Part shown: positions 60,091 through 64,000 of the stretch, piece by piece
How positions within the stretch are numbered: position 1 is the first letter of the stretch
Layout of the letters: the number at the start of each line of letters is the position of its first letter
Source of the DNA: Gekko japonicus
Lineage: Eukaryota
Assembly: GCF_001447785.1 (NCBI RefSeq)
Contig: NW_015169777.1
Location: forward strand, 995,524 to 1,059,523
Length of the DNA stretch: 64,000 nucleotides
Direction of reading: 5' to 3'
Translations under genes and position numbers: made by a program
The notes under the pieces: generated by a model
The model's input: the letters and a program-made list of their open reading frames with translations, nothing else
Told to the model about the DNA's origin: nothing
Database searches by the model: none

Positions 60091-61439
60091 TAGGCCTTAG
60101 CAATAGACTGCACCTTCAAAGCTCAACCAGGAATGTGTGAAGTGAGAAAAGCCTCTGAACATGTGCAAAGCATCATTTCTTAATTTACGACTCACACAGA
60201 CGTATGGAATGGGTGGTGCACAGCTTCCAGACAAAGGGCGCACTGTTTAAATTGTCCAGCCCCATAAAGTAGAGGAGCTGAAAGGAAAATTACTACTGGA
60301 ATCCAGAGAATGATTTCCTGAACGACTACTGGAAAGCATTAAATGAAAGGGGAATGGTGTTATAAGGATATCTTTAGAGACTACTGTTGACCAAATCAAA
60401 TCCATTCCCTCAAACGTTTACCGTACACAATCCCCCCCCCCCGAATATTTCCTGGATTGTGAGTTTCCATTTATAATCAATTACTGATGCTATAATCCCA
60501 ATTTTAAAACATGAGTTGGAAAGGTAGCCCCATCTTTACGGTTCTAGTATTCTGCAACTGTGCAGTAACATTCAGCTGTGTAGGATTCAGCAACTCTGTC
60601 CAGGTTTTCGTGGGAATAGAACTTGCTCATTTCAATGAGATGCTTACCCTAAACCAATGCATGTTTTCTAGGAATGACGTCTCACTGAGTTCGACAGAAT
60701 TCACTCTCAGTCCAGCGCTCTGTCCCAGCTGGGCTAAGTGTGTCTAGATTGTAGTTTTGAGAACACATGCAGAAGGTCTCATCCCCCCCCCCCCCCATCA
60801 ATTAATCCAGAATAGTTCCCGGCATGGTTCCACGCAACAATGAAGTATCCAACTAAGTGGGGGAAATTCAGTACTTTTTTCTCACTACAAAGAATTTACT
60901 ATAATCTTGTGATTCTTTAAACTAGTAATTGTATTTCCTGAGACTACACGAAGAACATTCTAACAGTGCAATCCTCAAGAGAATTGCATAATTCTAAACC
61001 CACTGAAATCAATGGATTTTAGGATTACGCAGTAAATCCACTGAAGGTCTGTAAGGGTATACAAGGATTTACAATAACAGATCTCTCCTGCGTTATAAAC
61101 TGGTTTACAAAGGTGCCTCTATACGATTAGATTATTAAACCGCAACCCCTACGCATGCCTTCTTCGGAACATGATCGCCAAAATCAGTAGCACTTACTTC
61201 TGAGTAAGCCTGCATGCACTCAAACTACATCGGTTCTCACTTCAGGTAACTACCAAGAGTCAGGATACAGAGTCCCACGATGGGGCTGTCTAGATGAAAC
61301 GCCTCAAGGGCCCCTTCTGACCCTCGCGTATCCCTTTCCATCCACTATTGTACAGATTTAATATACTTAAAACTGTGCATATTCTTTTACTCGGAAAGGA
61401 GATTAGGAGGGATTTCAGAGATTTGCCCTCCAGACAAGC

Positions 61440-62400
61440 ACCGTTCGAAGAGTCAGGCATATACCGCGGACGACCCCTTCGGTATAGCGGAAGAAAACTG
61501 CGCTGCGCGCGCATGCGGACGGGAGGCGGAGGGAGAGGAAGCCGAGCTTTGGGGCATGCGCTATGCTTATTAAAGGGGGGAGGGGTGGGGAATGAAGGCC
61601 CCGGTTACGGCGGCTGAGAGAGAGAGGAGCAGGCAGCGGGGGAGGGGGAATGAGGAGAGGCGCGTGAGTGAGCCGCCGAGGNNNNNNNNNNNNNNNNNNN
61701 NNNNNNNNNNNNNNNNNNNNNNNNNNNNNNNNNNNNNNNNNNNNNNNNNNNNNNNNNNNNNNNNNNNNNNNNNNNNNNNNNNNNNNNNNNNNNNNNNNNN
61801 NNNNNNNNNNNNNNNNNNNNNNNNNNNNNNNNNNNNNNNNNNNNNNNNNNNNNNNNNNNNNNNNNNCTCCTCGGGTGCGCGGTGGGGGTGCGGCCTGGAA
61901 GTCCCCTCTCCTCTCCCGGTGCTGCCTGCCTGGCCCCGGAGCTGGGGGTTGCGCCTTCCTGGCTGGCGTGGTCGCTCTGTTAATGCTCGGCCTCCATGTA
62001 GCGCGGCGACGTTCAAAGCGCGTCTCTTCACCTACCCGCCCACCACGGTCCTCGGTCCTGTCAGGCACCTCGCGTAGTATGAGAGGCTTGCCCGCCTTTC
62101 CTTTCCGAGTCTTCCTTCTTTCCCTTCCTTTCCGTGTCTTCCTTCTTTCCCTTTCTCCTTCTCCCTCTCCCTCTCCATCCGGAACGCGTGGCTAAATTGA
62201 GAGTGTAAACGAAACCTTCCAGGCCACGCTTGGAACTGGAGGAAGCTTCCCGGGTAGCCCTACTTTTAGGCTACCCAGAACAGCCTTTCGTGGGACGCAG
62301 GAGGAAGGAGTAGGTTACTTTATGTGTGTTGGGGGCCGGGAGGACTTGTTGCCACGAGTTGCTTTAAAACCGGTCGGGGCTCTTGCCAGCACAGTAAGGG
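61440..62400 (+). promoter_or_regulatory. EIF4ENIF1: EIF4ENIF1 CpG island promoter/5' UTR exon (partly N-gap)
   Basis: Dense CpG; NRF1-like TGCGCGCGCATGCG (~61504-61517) and GCATGCGC; ETS-like CGGAAG; upstream of the first coding exon. Confidence 0.7.
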
Positions 62401-63539
62401 GTGTGTGTCTGGTATGGGAAGGGAGAGATGGGGAGATGCTGGTCATCTTTGTCAAGCACAATTTGCACTGGCAGAAAGACTGAGCAACTTGAAGCTACAC
62501 ACTGTGCTGGTTCCCTGAGTTGGGGAATGCTGTAGTGCAGACTGTGCTCTGCTGAAGGATGTTCACCCTTACAGCCTTGGTATTTAGGTGGCATTCTACA
62601 TTAGCTTCCTTATTACTCTGTGGACATGTGAATATGTAGGTGGAGAAACGCTACGCCCACTCCCATTAAAGACACCATGTGAATGCTGTTGTTTTAAGTA
62701 TACTGAAGCAGATGAAGAATGTGAACAGGACAAGTTTCTTCCGTGTTATTTTGGTTACTGGATAAGAAGATAGTGTAAAAGACTAATCGTTCATCTGAAT
62801 GCTCGTATCCCCACTGTTGGCCCAAAGGCTCTAATGGCAGATGACATACTGAAAACATCTACTGTCTTGAGTGCAACCCCCAACTAAGAACTTAAGAGCC
62901 TCCATAAACAGATAGAAGGGAGGCTGCAAGATGTATCACAAGCAGAGCAACAGAACAAGAAACGATTTTAAAATGCTAAAATGAAATTAAACTAGGCAAC
63001 TATGAACACTAAGACCACCAATAATTAAAGCTGACATAATAAATAACCATAAACCAGCTCACAATTTAACAAAAGACCTGAGTTTACAAAAATGTGTTTG
63101 TCTGATAATGAAACAACGTGAGGTCTGGCTCCATGTGACTAAGTGAGGGGAGGGTATGTAAAGAGATATAGTGACTGGACCTGTGATCTTGATTGGTTTG
63201 CAGGAATATGAGGAAGTAAGTAGTCTTTCAAATGTCCTGGCTATATGTCATTTAGCTGTGTGAAGAAATTTCAGGCAAAGCTGGAAACCAGTTTAAAGAG
63301 TTTAAAATTGTGTTTACAGCTTGGAAGGTATTAAAATTGGATACGCTAATAATATGTTTAAGTTCCTGTAAGTTTTGCACCCTTAAATTGAACCCCATTT
63401 GGAAGAATTTTGTTCATGATCTTTAGTATAGAAATGTGTGGCAAGAAAAACATGAGGAGAAACTTTGTTGCATAGTTGTAAGATGTTATGTTTCACTTAC
63501 TTTCTTGGTCAGGTGCATGTTCCAAGTCTTCAAGCAATT

Positions 63540-63638
63540 ATGGATAAGCGGGGTGCCTTGACAGAAGCTGTGAATGGTGATACTTTGCTTGATGTTAGCA
63601 GAATTAGTGCAATGAAATTTCCTCATCGTTACACAAAA
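63540..63638 (+). CDS. EIF4ENIF1: eIF4E nuclear import factor 1 (4E-T), first coding exon
   Basis: Exon 63513-63638 (cag|...|gtaag) encodes MDKRGALTEAVNGDTLLDVSRISAMKFPHRYTK, matching human MDRRSMGETESGDAFLDLKKPPASKCPHRYTK; synteny with SFI1. Confidence 0.92.
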
Positions 63639-63769
63639 GTAAGATGCTATATCTGTTGCTTAATAACTGTGTATGAAGTGCTAATGGATAAAGTCTGCTA
63701 ATACACTTGTTGACAGTCTGCACAAAAGCACCTTACAGATGAAAGCTCAGAATTATTTACACTGCAGAG

Positions 63770-64000
63770 AATTTATTTAGTTATTTATTGGATTTATATC
63801 CCGCCCTCCCCACAAACAGGCTCAGGGCGGCTCACAGTTAGCGGCACCATGTGCCAAGTCACATAATACATATAAAAACAGAATCAAACAGTCATACAGT
63901 ACACAATTAAAATGCTTGCAACGATGGTCGTTCATTTAATCAGTTAGGGATGGCGTGCTATAAGGTGTAACACTAGAGTCCCAGTTCAGCGGTATGCCGG
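63770..64000 (-). mobile_element. L2-type 3' end (continues beyond the window)
   Basis: (TTTA)n then TTTATATCCCGCCCTCCCC..GGCTCAGGGCGGCTCACA, the reverse complement of the L2 terminus at 7343-7406. Confidence 0.7.

Overview
Vertebrate genomic DNA from a squamate reptile, probably a gecko (judged from its SINE and LINE families). It carries the conserved PISD - SFI1 - EIF4ENIF1 gene block. (1) The last three coding exons and 3' UTR of PISD (+ strand, 9439-~14880). (2) The SFI1 gene on the - strand: 32 coding exons traced by hand from ATG 58576 to TAA 15006, with consistent splice phases; one exon is partly hidden in an N-gap. (3) The CpG-rich promoter and first coding exon of EIF4ENIF1 (+ strand, ATG 63540). 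Bases 1-9060 are a nested retrotransposon pile inside a PISD intron: an L1 with open ORF1 and ORF2, an inverted L1 5' end, and an older L1 split by an L2 and a SINE. SFI1 introns hold tRNA- and 5S-derived SINEs, L2/CR1/RTE fragments, hAT MITEs with 8-bp TSDs, a probable Helitron, and Penelope-type ends carrying decayed minimal hammerhead ribozyme motifs. The most unusual signal is a minor-spliceosome (U12-type) intron in SFI1 (40067-42181) that appears to end in GG rather than AG. I found no wholly new multi-gene system. Most short ORFs in the track are spurious or belong to repeats. All homology calls come from recalled sequences and motifs, not from database searches.
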